Positions 36,838 to 51,600 of a stretch of DNA of 64,000 nucleotides are shown in pieces (within the stretch, counting starts at the first letter, position 1; every line of letters starts with the position of its first letter). Source of the stretch: a virus; the IMG/VR virus record IMGVR_UViG_3300013131_000021. One strand, written 5' to 3'. The notes under the pieces were generated by a model. That model made no database searches and was not told where the DNA came from. It worked only from the letters and a program-made list of their open reading frames with translations. The position numbers were made by a program, and so were the translations under genes.

Positions 36838-38967
36838 TTAAAATGCAGCAGGTCCTGATCTAATTACATAATTTATAGTTAGATAAGGATTCATAATACC
36901 TACAGGTGTGCTCAATGTTGTTGTAACTGGTTTCTTAATTCCGCCTGAATCTTTTAAATATTGAGCCTGTCCAGGAGCTGTTGGTCCTAAACCAGAAACA
37001 GCATCAGGATCAACTGTTGTTGTAACTGCTACAGCAGCATAATCCTGTCTTGATGACGACAATGTATGACTATGTTCTGGTAAATTTGCCAATGTTAAAG
37101 TTGCCGAACTCTGACCAGCATCACCGCCTAATTGCTGTGCTTTGATGTCGGGAACTCTGCCTGCTGTTCCTCCACCTGCATCAACATAAGGTCCGCTTAG
37201 TGTTGGAACTGTTCCTGAATTATCCATATTGTCTTTTCCAAGAGCAAATCTTCCTCTAAGGTCGGGTAATCTAAAAGTATTGACACCTAGCAAAGGAGCA
37301 GTTCCGTTATAAATTGTACCTATTACATCATACAGATCAGAATATTTTGCTCTCTCAACTTCGCTACCATCACAGAACAGATATCCATATGGTGCTGTAG
37401 CTCCTGTGTAAGGCAATATGCCACCTATAGGAACTCCTAAATCTCCAACAAATACATCCCTAGACTGTTTTAATAATCCCGACGATGCTGCAGAAGCTTC
37501 GCTTGGTCTATAGGTTAAAACAAAATCACCTTTTTTAGAAATGTTAGGAAATGGTGTATCTTTTCCTGCAATGATGTTTGCAGTAAGAGTAGTATTAAAA
37601 ACTTTTGAAAAACTTCCAACTTGCCCATCAAATTGAATAGCTGGCGAAATAATATCTCCTGCTATAGAAAAACTTGTTATATTTTCTAAAGAGGTAGCGG
37701 TGTTTGCTTTACCACTAATGTTTCCATCTAATACTCCCTCTATAGTTTCAGCAATAATAGTTTTAGCTCTAATAGTATTCCAGCGGCGTAGAGACGTGCC
37801 TAAACTGTAAGCATCGGTCGTTTTAGGCTGTATATTATTAGTTTGTAATACTCCAGAAATATCTGCTCCGTCGCCAACTAACAGATTCTTTGTTATAGCA
37901 GCTCCGCCGGCGGTCCTTAATGATCCATTAGATAAATTCGTACTTACTGTATTGTTGGAGATAATAAGTGTACCGGATAAAGCAATATTACCATTCACAT
38001 CTAGGGCTTCTGTTGGTGTAGCTTTATTAATACCTACTGTAGTTTCTACAACTTTTAATATCGTAGCGGGAATTCCATTCCTATTAACCTGAATATCAAT
38101 TGAACTACCGGCGGAAGAATTATAGATTCGAGCTGACGTAGACGAGGTAGATAAATTAAATGTTCCGTCTATACCTAAAGTAATACCGTCATTATTTCTT
38201 ACGTTAATACCAAAATCGGTAGTGTTTACCACATCAGTACGTAAAAATTTTCCAGCATCAACTTCTATTCCGGATATATTTAAAGCATTAGCCGTTTTAG
38301 CAGTACCGTATAACGAAGGTAAAAACCCTCCTATAAATTGATCTATTTCGGCAGAAGTAGCTGGATCAGAAATATTAATACCCGATCTAATAATATCAAA
38401 TCCTGAAATTAAAACTTTAGGTGTAAAACTGTCCTTGCTAAAAATAATTACGGGAATATCTGCAATGTAAAAAACTAAAATATACCTAGTTATGTTATCC
38501 GAATCGAATACGCTTTCTACGCTGGGCCCATATCTTAAACCATCTATAGAACTTTCAGAAGGTCCTACTAACAGCCATCTTCCCGGAGTATCTTGTGTGC
38601 CTCCTGTGAAAATTCTTAATTGCTGGTTAGTAGTGTCTACCCATAATTCTCCAACTTTACTCTCTGACACAGACGGTTGTGATGGACCTTTCTGTATCCC
38701 GGAGGCTGCTTTCCAGGATGTGTTATCCCAGATCATTAAAATTCCGTCAGTACTATCGTACCACAACTGACCTTCAACCGGATTGACTGGTTCAGTATCT
38801 GAAGCAAAATTTTCTAATAAAGATAGAAAGTTTTCTGCTATAATTTGTCCATAACCTGTTACATTTCTACCAGGAAATGTTAAACTAGTATCTGTACTTG
38901 AGGTATTATCAAATACAGTGATAGGAGTTTTATTTTGACTATCTGTAAAATTAACTGTATATGGCAT
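36838..38967 (-). CDS. tail fibre protein with phage tail collar domain
   Basis: Shared N-terminal domain. VPIGGILPY...GYLFCDGS...YSDLYDVIG...FRLPDLRGRF collar domain and a C-terminal MNPYLTINYVIR typical of T4 gp12/gp10-like tips. Confidence 0.8.
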   Translation of the reverse strand: MPYTVNFTDSQNKTPITVFDNTSSTDTSLTFPGRNVTGYGQIIAENFLSLLENFASDTEPVNPVEGQLWYDSTDGILMIWDNTSWKAASGIQKGPSQPSVSESKVGELWVDTTNQQLRIFTGGTQDTPGRWLLVGPSESSIDGLRYGPSVESVFDSDNITRYILVFYIADIPVIIFSKDSFTPKVLISGFDIIRSGINISDPATSAEIDQFIGGFLPSLYGTAKTANALNISGIEVDAGKFLRTDVVNTTDFGINVRNNDGITLGIDGTFNLSTSSTSARIYNSSAGSSIDIQVNRNGIPATILKVVETTVGINKATPTEALDVNGNIALSGTLIISNNTVSTNLSNGSLRTAGGAAITKNLLVGDGADISGVLQTNNIQPKTTDAYSLGTSLRRWNTIRAKTIIAETIEGVLDGNISGKANTATSLENITSFSIAGDIISPAIQFDGQVGSFSKVFNTTLTANIIAGKDTPFPNISKKGDFVLTYRPSEASAASSGLLKQSRDVFVGDLGVPIGGILPYTGATAPYGYLFCDGSEVERAKYSDLYDVIGTIYNGTAPLLGVNTFRLPDLRGRFALGKDNMDNSGTVPTLSGPYVDAGGGTAGRVPDIKAQQLGGDAGQSSATLTLANLPEHSHTLSSSRQDYAAVAVTTTVDPDAVSGLGPTAPGQAQYLKDSGGIKKPVTTTLSTPVGIMNPYLTINYVIRSGPAAF

Positions 38968-38970
38968 CTA

Positions 38971-39636
38971 TTATACCTCAGTGAAACCTGTTAGACTTTG
39001 AATACGTATCGTATAATCAATCTGTAAAAGTCTATTCAAAGATTTTTGTATAGGGTGAAAAACAACATGAGTTAATAATTTTCCCTCACTTGTTTCTTCG
39101 TATGATTTTAAGCCCAATTCATCAAAAATAAAATTTCCATTCATGTCAGCTGAATTATCGAACGCTTCTTGATCTAATGGTTCGCCGTAATCAAGCAAAC
39201 ACGAGATTAGTATATCACTGTAAGTAGCCCCACTTATATGTCTAACCTGCATTTTATTTCTAACTGGGTCTACGTTATTGAGATCATTTTGATCGATTAT
39301 CTTTGTATAGGTTTGATTATATAAACTAGAATTTATTCCTATGGTGTTAGGAGTAAGGTAAGTGATTAATCCGGTAGGATCTACTGTGGTCCCCCCTGTA
39401 CCAAAAATCATTTGATAAATCGTACCTTTTCCCTGATTAGATAAAGCGTTAACCATAGCTACGCTCATGTTTTCATAATGAATAGCATTACGTTTATCAA
39501 TAAAAATTTCATTATTTTCAGGATCAAAAATTTTGATATGTCCTTCGAAATGAAATCCACCAAACTCATTAGGTCTAGTATTTTTGTCTAAAATTTCGTT
39601 ATTTTGGGGCATTTTATTCTCTTGTGGGTCATTCAT
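38971..39636 (-). CDS. putative baseplate/fibre attachment structural protein
   Basis: Lies between the giant wedge protein and the fibres; beta-rich (FDELGL, IDYTIRI). ATG 39612 is an alternative start. Confidence 0.55.
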   Translation of the reverse strand: MNDPQENKMPQNNEILDKNTRPNEFGGFHFEGHIKIFDPENNEIFIDKRNAIHYENMSVAMVNALSNQGKGTIYQMIFGTGGTTVDPTGLITYLTPNTIGINSSLYNQTYTKIIDQNDLNNVDPVRNKMQVRHISGATYSDILISCLLDYGEPLDQEAFDNSADMNGNFIFDELGLKSYEETSEGKLLTHVVFHPIQKSLNRLLQIDYTIRIQSLTGFTEV

Positions 39637-39640
39637 AGTG

Positions 39641-39648
39641 TATTTATT
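39641..39648 (-). promoter_or_regulatory. late promoter AATAAATA overlapping the stop codon of the giant gene
   Basis: 4 nt before ATG 39636, or 28 nt before ATG 39612. Confidence 0.5.
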
Positions 39649-42600
39649 CAGGTAAACTTGTGTGCTTTTCTGCTATGAATCTAGCTATAGAATTATCATT
39701 GTCTAATAAAGATTTTCCAGATGTAGCGGTAGTTGCACCTCTCTCATACCAAGTTTTACCAGTCCTTGTAATAATTGTTACTCTTGAACCTGCTGCCAAC
39801 GATTTTGTCAGCCTTATAAATCCTGTAGTTCCGTCAACGCTGAATTCAGCCTCTTGAACTATGTCAGCATCTGGACTATAAGGACCACCATTTTCAAACC
39901 AAATTGCCTGTGCATCTTTTTTAAGGCGTCGACCGCCTGCAAAAACCTCTATCTGATCACAGGGACCGTAATCGGTTGGAATAGTGATCCTTTCCCAGAA
40001 ATTACTGTTTATTTCTCCGTCTATTATAGGAGCATAAGAAGAACCTTTACATACAGCAAGGTTGGTGTAATAATAATTACCGTATAGAACAACATTTCTT
40101 AGAGTATAAGAAACAAGGGCACTCCACGTTCCTTTATCTACATACGTTCTGCTAGAATACCATCTTGCTTTATCTGCTGCTATAGGTATAAAATCTAATG
40201 GTCCTACTAATAACGATTCTACACTTACAATACTGTTAGTGGCTAATCTAGTTGCTGCTGGTCCGATTATATTGACTAACCCTCCTACAGCAAATTTTGT
40301 AATTGTATAATATTCAGGTAATATTTCAATACCGTCAATTTTTACTATTAGATTTTCTTTTATTCCTAACCCTATTTGAATATCAGTTTCAATTTCAAAT
40401 CCTGTGCTGCCATCGTATACAAACGATAAGCTACCTTGATAAATTAAATCAACTTTTCCTTGAGATTCATTATACGGAATTATTTCTTCATATCCTACAT
40501 CTACTACTTGAGAATTAGCAGCGTGTATTTCTTTTATGGCTGTACCATGAGTACCTCTTCTTAACTGAGATAACACATTTCCAATTTTAGACATATATTC
40601 TATTCGTTCGCCGTCTATCCAAATTATGCCTGGTAAGTTTCTAGAAGGATACGGTACTCCTAATGACGAGCTGTCGTTTACATTTATGATATTATCATAA
40701 TACATTAAATCTGAAGTCAAACTTACATCACCTTTTGAAAATCTTGTATATCGATATGTATTCAACATATCTTTATGTATTTCATAGGCACTAGGTAATT
40801 CGTAAATGTCATTAGTAAAAGTTATTGTTTTGATATCATCAGCCGGAGTAGATTCTACATTTAGATAAACAACATTTCGTGGAACAGAAACATAATATTC
40901 TTTTTCTTGAGTTAATCTCATTCCATTTTTATATACCCATACATAGCTAGAAGAAATAGGAGGACGAGATAGTTGATAATGAACTTTGCCTCCAGACTTT
41001 TGATCCGATATTATATCAAACGACGGATATTCACTGAACCATGTAACGTCTATTCTAACATTATCTGTTTCGTCTAATACTGTCATTGGTACCGATGGAT
41101 CAATAATTAAATTTCCTCCTACAATTCTATATTCAGATCTTAAATCGTTTTGTACTTTAATTATATCTCCGATCGACAGCACTGAAGAATAAATTGTTAG
41201 AACTTTAGTTGCGCCATCAAAGACGTAATCAGTAAATATTGTTCTCAAAATATTGTTTATAAAGACTCTTATATTGCTTGGTAAAATTGAACCAGCAGAT
41301 TCTAAAGGATCAATACCTAATGTGAATACGTTATTGGTTCCGTCATACACAGCGTACGATGTATCTGATCCTTTTAGTACTCTTCCATCTAATTCAACAA
41401 TCATACTGTTTCTAGCTGAACCTCTTTCTAATTCAACAAAATATTCAAGGTCGAAATTGCGTGTGCTTCCTTCAAACCAAATAGTTTGTGTATTAACTTT
41501 TATAATAGGTATTTGATTAGAATCGACGTCGCTGGATGATTGTAGAACTACAATTTTAATAATATCGTTTTCATCTGGATAAAATGCTAGTTCGATTAAA
41601 GTTCTATCTGTGGTATCCACAATGCCTGTGCTATCTTTAAATGCTGCATCTACTTGATCTCCGTTGACTGTAACAAATACCGAAGAACTTTCTTGATAAT
41701 TTGCATTAGTTAGGAAAAGGTTAGTTGTACCATCTGCAATAAATTCTTGATAATCTAGTATTCCAAGTCCTCCTAAACCTATAGAAATTATTTCTATTAA
41801 GGTGCCGCTCGGAGGAGGTGTGAAAAATTCTACATTATATTCAATAAGATTTAATGCATAATCCACACCAAAATTTTTCTTTATTTTATCAACATAAACA
41901 AAAACAGCATTGTTTTCTAATATTTTTTGTCCAATTGGGAAAAATAATGTTGTTCCATCTCCAAATGAAATTTTAGATTGTAATGGTGCTGCTCCTGATA
42001 TACGGCTTTGATAAATCTTTATCGAGACGCTGTCCAGAACTTGGCCAGGAATATTCTCTTCCGGAGCTGGGACATGATCCGGTTCTATAAACTTACCTCC
42101 CGAAATCATAATCTCTTCGGGAGTACTTCCTGTAGCTGTCTGATAAATGCTATCTATAACGGACAATGATCCACCCGATAACTTTGTGTCTAATAAATTT
42201 TCATCAGTAATAGTTACTGAACCATCGCTTTCAATAGGACGGAAAATTAAAATATCTCCCGATTCTGTTTGAATGTAAATTCCTATTATTACTGATCTAT
42301 TAATACCATCGCCTATAAATGTAGGCATTTCAGCATTTGGATTTACCGCAACTGAAGAATCCCAAGAAGTGGTATAACTCGGATCATCAATTCTTACCGA
42401 TGTATTAGTGCCTGTCCTTTTTAGATATATGTTAATTTCTTGTCCTTGAGCAGGAGTAAATGGTAACTCTACCTGTGTCGTGCTGCCATCGCAAACATGA
42501 TAATAATCTGAAGAAGCTTCTACACTGTCCCAATTATCTGTAAACCATGGTAAAGCATCCCAACCTCCTGTTACATCAAATGTAGTACCTTGTATTTGAA

Positions 42601-45600
42601 CTCCGCCGAAATCAATTCCTGTCATTAATTGATTCAGTTCGTTGCCTATCATACCTGCAGTAGGAGAATAATATTTGTTAATTCTATCAACAGCTGATAA
42701 TAACAAATCATTTATTTCATATGATACGCTAATAATATCACCGTCTGCTGGAGCTACATTGAATGAAAGTTTTCCTCTTAATCTAGAATACGTATCTAAG
42801 GAAGAATAGTAAAAACTTATATTATACTCGTTGCTTAAAACTACCTTATTGTTTTTAAAAATCGTAATTTTTGTTTTATCTCTAGTAGGAGCATAATTTA
42901 ATTCAAATACTGCTGATCTGCCGTTGGCAAAAATTATTTGATTTTTAGAAGGAGTTTGGTAATCGGAATTTTTATTCACTCTATCAAATTTTATACCAAG
43001 ATTAAAACTTCTAATCTTAGATTCGCCTATAATTGCAACTGCCTTAGCTTGACGTGCAGTGGATGGATTTCCTCCCACTAAAGTTATTGTAGGAGCTTTG
43101 GTATATTTTTCACCAGGAGTTAACACTTCAATTCCTGATACCCTACCATTAGACACATAAGCTTTCGCTGTAGCTCCTGTTCCGTTTCCGTCTATCAATA
43201 CCTTAGGGGGTGTTCTGTATTCAGATCCAGAATCATAAATCTCAATAGCAATAATAGAAAATCCCTTATTATCTGCCCAATATTTCCAAGGATATTGATT
43301 AATCTCTGGTCGGTTTTCATCTATCGAAATTATAGTGCCGTCTGTTTTAGAATAGGCAGGAGGCAAATCAAAATCTGTTTCAGATGATTGATATTCTTCT
43401 ATGTTATCATATCTGCTTATATATTCTCTTATAGTTGTTCTAAAAGGTTTTACTTCATTGATATATTCCTGATAACTTTCTAAATTATCATTCTTGTAAT
43501 TAGTCTTTGTTTCAAAAGAACCTATATTATGTGTGGCGTTTAAAAAACTAGTTTTGAAAACCCAGTCAACATACTGCTGCTCTGCTAAAACGTATCGTAT
43601 GCTTGAGAAAAAAGAATTATTCCATTCAACAGAATAATCTCCAACAAAAATATCTTCTTTCAAAGCTTTTATAATGTTTCTAAATTCTTTAGAATTGTCA
43701 ACATCATAATCCGTGTCATCAAATGATTTGTCGTTATCGAATCCTATTCCGTAGATAGTTGTATCATATAAAGCAGTGGATAATTGGATAGTTCCATTTT
43801 GTCTGCCTACCAAAGTCCATCTACTAAAAAAATCTGCTCCGGAATTTGCTATCTTTCTAAATACTGCCCATCCTCCTGAGCCATATTCTTTAATTCTAAT
43901 TAAATCGTCTTCAACAGTTTGCATAGTGTCTTCATCGAAAACAGTATTCAGTTCGATAGTAATTCTTGTATTTTGTCCGTATCCTGTTAACCACCAATCA
44001 CTGTAATTCCAATACCTAGTTGTATCAAATGCTTGAGATTGGCTTCTAAAAAATACTTTTCTAATATCGTCCCAAGAATAAATGCTCCAAAAATTATCAA
44101 TTTTAGAATCTGATCTAACCAATACTGAAAAATATCTTACAGTAGCATTTATTGTACTATATTTTTTACCTCTATTTGTTACTACTACAGTTATGATTCT
44201 TCCTTGTCCGTCTATATGACATTCTGCCGAGGCATTTATTCCGTCGCCTTGTATACTAATAGGAGGACCTAAATACACCCCCGGTATTTCCTGATTGAAT
44301 AATTCCTTGGGTTTATATCCGAATCCCGAATCAACTATATCTATAGTGTCTAATTCTCCATTCAAGAGATTTGCACGTAAAACAGCTCGTTTGGTTCGTA
44401 CCGTACCTACTGTGAATAGATCGGTATCTGTTTCTACTACGGTATCATATAAATTTAAAACCTCGGCAGGAATTTCATCCTTAGAATTTAGATTTGTAAA
44501 GTCGATTGTATCTACAAATGGTTCTTTCAATAAAACATTGTTGGCACGTTCTGTAAACAGCTTCACTGCTGCTATTCTATCTACAAACATCCCCTGTCTT
44601 GGTCTAAAATTAATTCCGTATTTTTGTTTTTCCGACAAATTAGTATCAGGAACCCTATTACCCATGACATCAAATCCGACCAAACTATCAATCCATTTTC
44701 TTTCTAATTTATCTGCCGGGAGGCTATCGGGTATACCTTCAGTTAACAATTGATATTCGTTATGAATCGAATTTAGTTGTTTTAGATTTTTTCTATATTT
44801 TATATTCAATAGAGCGGTGTCTGAAGAAATAACTGATTGAAAATTATAAGTTAAAAACTTATCAGAATCAATCATAGCTATAAATGCGATACCAGAGCCT
44901 GCAGGATTATTAATGATTCCAGCTACCTCTGCTGCAGATTTGGTTCTGCCCGGCATATTCGACGGAATTAGTGCTTTATTTGCTACCCAATAATAATACT
45001 TGGTTTCATTTACTAGGCCAGTGGTTTTGCTAAAAAACTGTTTTTGACTATAAATGTTATTATTTGGATATAATGGTTGTCCTGAAATTCCTAAGGCTAA
45101 TCCCTCGTTAGTATCAGCCAATGCAGCCCATTCGCTAGGTAATAATGAAGTTTCTACCCACTCGCATACATCGATGCTGCTTCCAAAAGCCAATTGATTC
45201 CAATTACCTGTTCTATAGGCATAATCTTTCTGTTCGGCATATAACCATTTGGCATTACCAATGTTCCACCATAACTTTCCTACATTTTTTTCATACCACG
45301 GAATGCTTGTGTCGACTACAACATCTTCTGTGCCAAAATTGTAAATAGCCGGATCATAGGGAGTTTTGAATTTAATTTCTTGTTCTGCAACATTTAAAAT
45401 TTTTCCTTTAGCAGAATCTACATAATCGACGTCTTGAATTTTAACATTATTAACATTATCATATAATTCTATACTTTGTATTTTTCTAATATCTACTACC
45501 GATTCTCGAGTTGTTAATGTGTTCCAAGACGACACTGTAGGATCTTTTTTGAACAATCGCACATTACCAACATATTCACCTTCATAAGCTATTACTCCAG

Positions 45601-48600
45601 AAGCATGAGCCACTGGAAGTCTATAAAACGGAGAACCTACAGCGATATATGACCCAACACAATCAACACTAAACCCAAACGACTCGTCGGGAGCTAGAAC
45701 TTCTTGTAATTTTTCGGTCAAGAAAAATACTTGATCTTTTTTATCAAACACATAAACACCCCCGGTATAACCTTGTGGGTACGAGAATGTGGTTGCGGAT
45801 TTATCAAAAGTTGTTCCTAATAACAAATCAAAGTAAACAGAAAGATTAGACGAAGTATTTCTAGCACCTACAGCTATTTTAGTACCATCTGGACTTATAG
45901 ATACCCCGTAGCCAAAATATTCATTTGGGTATTGTTCGAAACTTTCTAATTTTTGTTTTACTCTAAATTCTGTCAAATTGTCGTCTAAAGACAAAACGTA
46001 AACCGATCCTTGATCTTGAAAACTTATATCGGATTTTGGACTCGAAACAACTAAATTGTTTCCAGAAGCATCGATATCCATCGAAAAACCAAATTGATCA
46101 CCTGTGCTTATAACTAATCCCGAATCAATGTCCGAGAACGAGCTTATAGATGAAGCATTTATCATTTGAGTTAGGGTATAAACATCGTTAGCATCTCTTA
46201 TGTAAACAAATATCTTTCCAGAAGGAGATGTTGTACTATCTCCCACTTCCACCCATACTGACGAATCTGACGGATTTTCATTATAACTTCTATAAGTAGA
46301 ATCTGCCGCTATTGAAAAACCTTCTAATTTATAATACTGGTATTCTGTGATAGGAGCGCCTTCAACAGACGACACATATCTGACAACTTCACCTTCGATA
46401 TATTCAACATCCGGGCGCCACATTCCCCTATAATTAGCAAAAAATTGTCCGTCTGCTTCCGGAGCTCCTATTACTAAAATGCTGCCATCGCTGTTCATGG
46501 CCATCGAAGTGCCAAACTTATCGCCCGCTTTTATTAGTTCTGCTATTTGATCATTAGAAAGTAAACCAGTATAAGCAAACTCTAAAGTCGATCCGTCGTC
46601 CTCTAAAGCAACATTAGTAGGTAAAGAACAGTGGGTTGAAATTTTACCAATTTTGACCCATCCAGAATTATCCATCGATAAAGTACTGCCATCAGCTGTA
46701 GAGTCTTCTAATGATGTCCATAGATTCCCTCTTACTCCCTCAGCCTCAGGATCTTGTGCTGCTTGCCAAACTATATCACCCGAATAATACGATGCAAGGG
46801 GATCATAAATTCCTTTATATCTAATATTTTCTAGATGTTTCCATGTAGAATTTTCATACTTGTAAAGATATACTCTACCAGTATTGTTATAACTGCCTGT
46901 GGCAGACACACTCAGATAATAGCTATTTCCAGATTTACTAATTGATATCTCAGATCCAAAAAATTCATTGTCTGCTGGCCTTGGGCTTATAAATGTTTGA
47001 GATATAGTATAAGATCCGTTGGCATACTCGTAAATAGAAATAATACCCTGTTGATAATAACCTTCGGCATTACCAGAAGTTAATGCAGGTATTATTTCGG
47101 CTAATTCCCAATCATCAGTATTAATGGCTAATTCTGTACTGCCGTCGGGTAAGGCACTGTTAGCATTTTTAGCCTTCCATAAGCGACCACCATATAAAAC
47201 AATGTCTTCCGGTTCATAAAACTTACTAGGTTCCCATTCTCCTTTATAATTTGAGGTAATACCGCTAGCTAATGGTGCTCCTACTATCAAATATTTTGAA
47301 TCAGGACTTATTGCCATCTTAGATCCAAACGAACCTAAAACATTATTAAAAAATCCAGTAGGAGGAGATACAATCTGTTTTAATTGTAATCCTGTTAATG
47401 ATTCAGCATATACTAAAACTAATCCTGAACCGGGCACACCTGTAATAACATGTTTATTAATGTTATCATAAATTACTTTTTCTCCGGTTCTTAATGGAGT
47501 CGATGTTCCATAATCTGATAAAAATTTAGCACTATACTGTTTTTGTTTTTCTACAACTTCCCATAAATTTTCACCATTATCATCTACAAATATTTTAGAT
47601 CCGTTAAAGTATAAAGCTGCCAATCCCTGAGAGATATTTGAATAAGAATCAAATCTGCACTCCGTAAATGCATGAGGGCGTGTTGTGGTACTTGAATCTA
47701 ATTCAGGATCAAGACTAGTGCTAGATACTTCAATTGTAATAGCAACATTGGAAATAGAAATAATTTTAAAAAAGCCAACTAGATTAATTATGTCTCTAAA
47801 TCCGACATAATCATTTACTGCAAAATTATGTCTACGATTAAATTTTATTTCTACACTAGTTGTTGATAATCTGTTAACTCCTTCTAAACTTAATAAAGAT
47901 AATTCGTTTAATCTAAAAACTGTCCAAGAATCTTTATAAAATGTTATCCAGATATGATCATTTTCATTTACAGTGTTAATATCCAGATTAATCAAATCTT
48001 CTATATTCTGAATAACCAGTTCATATTGTCCTATGGAAACATAACCAGCAGTAAATGTAGGTTCGGTTTCAAATGACATAGTGTTGATGTCAACACTATA
48101 AGGAATGGTTGGTATCGTAAAATCTGAAATAGTTAATCTATAATTTTGATCAATATCTATTAAAGATTCATTTTCTTCTATTAAAAATACTTGTGGATTG
48201 ATCTCAAATTTATTTCTTTCGAGTTGTATTTCAACTTCTGTTAGCTGATCAGTTCCTCCTAATCTTCCAAGTAAGAACGCCCATTCTTCATTTAATTCTA
48301 TACTATCACTTCCAGATCTACTTAACTTTCCAAAAATTTTAGTTATAGAATTATTAGTTCCTTTTTCTTTTATAAATCCCTGATATAATTGAAACTGTGT
48401 TATAGGATCTTCTGCTAAATTTTGTAAATAATTTCTAGATTGATAACCAACAGTATGACGGGCTAGATCTCTTTGACTTTGACTTACGCCTTCAGAAGAA
48501 ACATCAAAATAATCATAAAACTGATTAATCTTATAATCAAAATTAGGAATCAAAGATTTAGTAGGAGTAGAGTCTAGTTTACTCCAAACATTGTCATCAA

Positions 48601-51600
48601 AAAATTCAGACCCTAATTGATTTTGTAAGCTGACCCAATTATAAGCTTTATAAGTAACAATATCACCTAGTTTATAGTCTTTGTAAGGTTGCCAGGTTTG
48701 TATGTTTACATTATCAAATATAAATCCTGGGCTCGTATAATCTCCATCCCAGTCTGTAGTTCTAAATCCTTGAACTTTTATTCTTCCCTGTCTATATCCT
48801 GTGGTCTTATCGTAGATGATATCATTAAAAACTGTTCTGTCGTCAAATATCGTAACATGCTCTTTTAGAACATAATACAATTTTAGATAATAGATACCAT
48901 CAGAAGTATTAGTTGTTTCAACAGTGATATTTTGATTAGATCTGTTTACATTAATAAATTGTGGTTGAAGAGGTTTTCCGTCTCCTTTTAGAATTCCATA
49001 ATTATAAAAACCATCTAAAATATTATCAGGTACACCCACAGCCATGGTTAAATTTATTTTTTCTGCGGCAGGGCTTAGAGAAATGATCGAACCAATTTCC
49101 CAATTGTGTTTTGTCCAGAACATAAATTCTTTAGAAGATGAAAGCCAATTTTGGCTAGTTTTATTCTGGGGATCGTATCTATCGAAAACGAATCCTATGG
49201 AAATTAAATAATTTTCATAGCCTAATAGAAAATCAATTACTTGTTGGATAGATGTAAACTGTGTCCCGTAACTTAGTTTCTTAACGCTTAAAGTGTTGAA
49301 AACTCTTCGTCTATAAGCCTCGATAGCACCAACCTTAGGCAAATCATTTAATTTTTTCCAGTTAGCTGGATCAAAAAACTCTCCACTGTTGTGAGTTTTA
49401 AGAGATCTAAAATAATTATTATTATATCTTACTAAAGAACCATTACTGTAGTTTTTATTTTCAATCCACACTGTGAATACTTCACTTATACCGCCGACTG
49501 ATATTAAAGGATCTTTGCTGTTAGGTTGAGCTTGGTAATAATAGAAATAAGGATTAATATCATCATATCCGGTTATTACCCAACCTCCATTGGTCTTTTC
49601 TAATATAACTCCGCTATATGTTATATTGGCGATTGGTGAGCTTATATTAAAAATAATATCGTAATTTTCAGGCGGGATAAAAATACTTGCAGTAGTCGCT
49701 GCAGGGCTTTTACTATCTAATAAGAATTTCTGCTGTTGCTGATCAACAAATCCACTCATTCGATAAGATAATGCTACATCTAAATTATTAATCTTATCTG
49801 TTATTGTGCTAGTGTTTATTCCTTTAGATTTAATGTACGCTACTAGATACTTCAATAATCCAACAGACGGATCATCTAATGAATATTTTGTTATATCATT
49901 TTTAGAGGTAAATGTATATGAATCTTTATTAACTAACTGTCCTAACTGATTCAATACAATTTTCGATCTATCAAAACTGTCAGCTATGAAATCAAAAGGT
50001 TTCATTAAACACATAGCTATAATAATAGCAAAAGGATATTCAGAACTGGATCTCCACGCATATTCAACGGGAGCTGTATCACCTAATACAAACGCACCTT
50101 GATTATTAATCAAAGAAAAATCTTGCGCTAATCCAGAATCAAGAGGACTTAATAGTTTTCCATCACCATCTACCGGAATGTGATTTAATATGTTAGGTCT
50201 AGCATATCTACTATGTCTTCCTGCTCTATCTCCTTGTCTTATTACACCTGCTTGAAGATCTTCCCATAAAATCAAATTGTTTTTTGTATAAGGTGCAGGA
50301 CCGTATTGTTCTTCCCACCAACTCGGCTGTTGTGAAAATCCTAACATTTCCCATGGGCATCTATGTGGTCGATCTGTATCGTAGAACCATTGATACACAC
50401 CTCTCCAATATCCTGGAAGATTGACAGTTTTTGTTGGATCTGTCATGTTTGAATATGTGTAGGTGAAAGAATTTTGACTATCAAAATAGGTATTCAGTGT
50501 GTAATTGATATTTGTATTCTGAATCCATTTAAAAAATTCTTGACTAATAATATAATCAAATTGAGATTTTTTATAAGCACCTACTCCGTAATATCCTGAT
50601 AAAATTTGATCTATATCAAAAATACTTCTGTTGTATTCAGCCTTGATGTTGTTATAAATTCTTAGTTCTAATTCTAATAATAATTCATCTCTAAAATCAC
50701 CGTATGCAGCAGTTATACTTCCATCATGTCCTATTATCACCTCTCTTGGTTCAATATAGGTGTCATCTATAAATTTTTGAGGGGTATATTTTTTATACAA
50801 CCCCATAGAAGTAGGTGTTGGAGGAATATGATTTGTTGAAGTAGAAATATATTCTCTAATTTCAATAACATCATTGGAGTTTAAATTAACTTTTAAACGT
50901 ACAAATCCAAAAGTAGAATCAAAAATATAATCTCTATCGTTAATCAATTGCTGATTGTTTTGATACACATATACTGCTTTCTTGCTTAATGTAGAAAGAT
51001 CAAATTTTTCAGATAGAGAATATGTTTGAATTCCAGTATCTTCTACCACATAAACAATTTTAGAATAAGCTCCAGCCCCTATCATATCACTATCATAGAA
51101 TGGACTGTTTGAATCTTTTGTTTTTGTTAGATTATTAATAACATCATCAACAAAATCAATGATATTATCATTGTATTCTATTTCGATCGCTTTGGCTAAA
51201 AAATTAGATTTAAATTCTGTATAAGCTTTTTTAGAATATTGTATAGATTTTATTATGTTGTGAGTCTTGTCACATAACAACATCATGCTTAACGAAGTCA
51301 ATCCAGAATGCTTAATAAATCTTTTACCGAAAGATTGAAAATTAAACAAATCTCGCAAATTTGAATTTCCCGGAATAGATCCGATCAAGGAATTACTAAA
51401 TTCTAACGCCGATGTTACATGATCTATGGCCTGTCCTAGAGTAAATGATTTTAGAGGATCATTGAACGGATTTTTTTCTAGTCCTATTGGAATTTCATAA
51501 AATCCTTCTATTGGTTCAAGATCAGCAATAATCTTTAATGAGACTGTAGATTTAGCAGCTATATTTTCTGCAAAAGTAAAAGTATTTCCCTTTATTTCAT

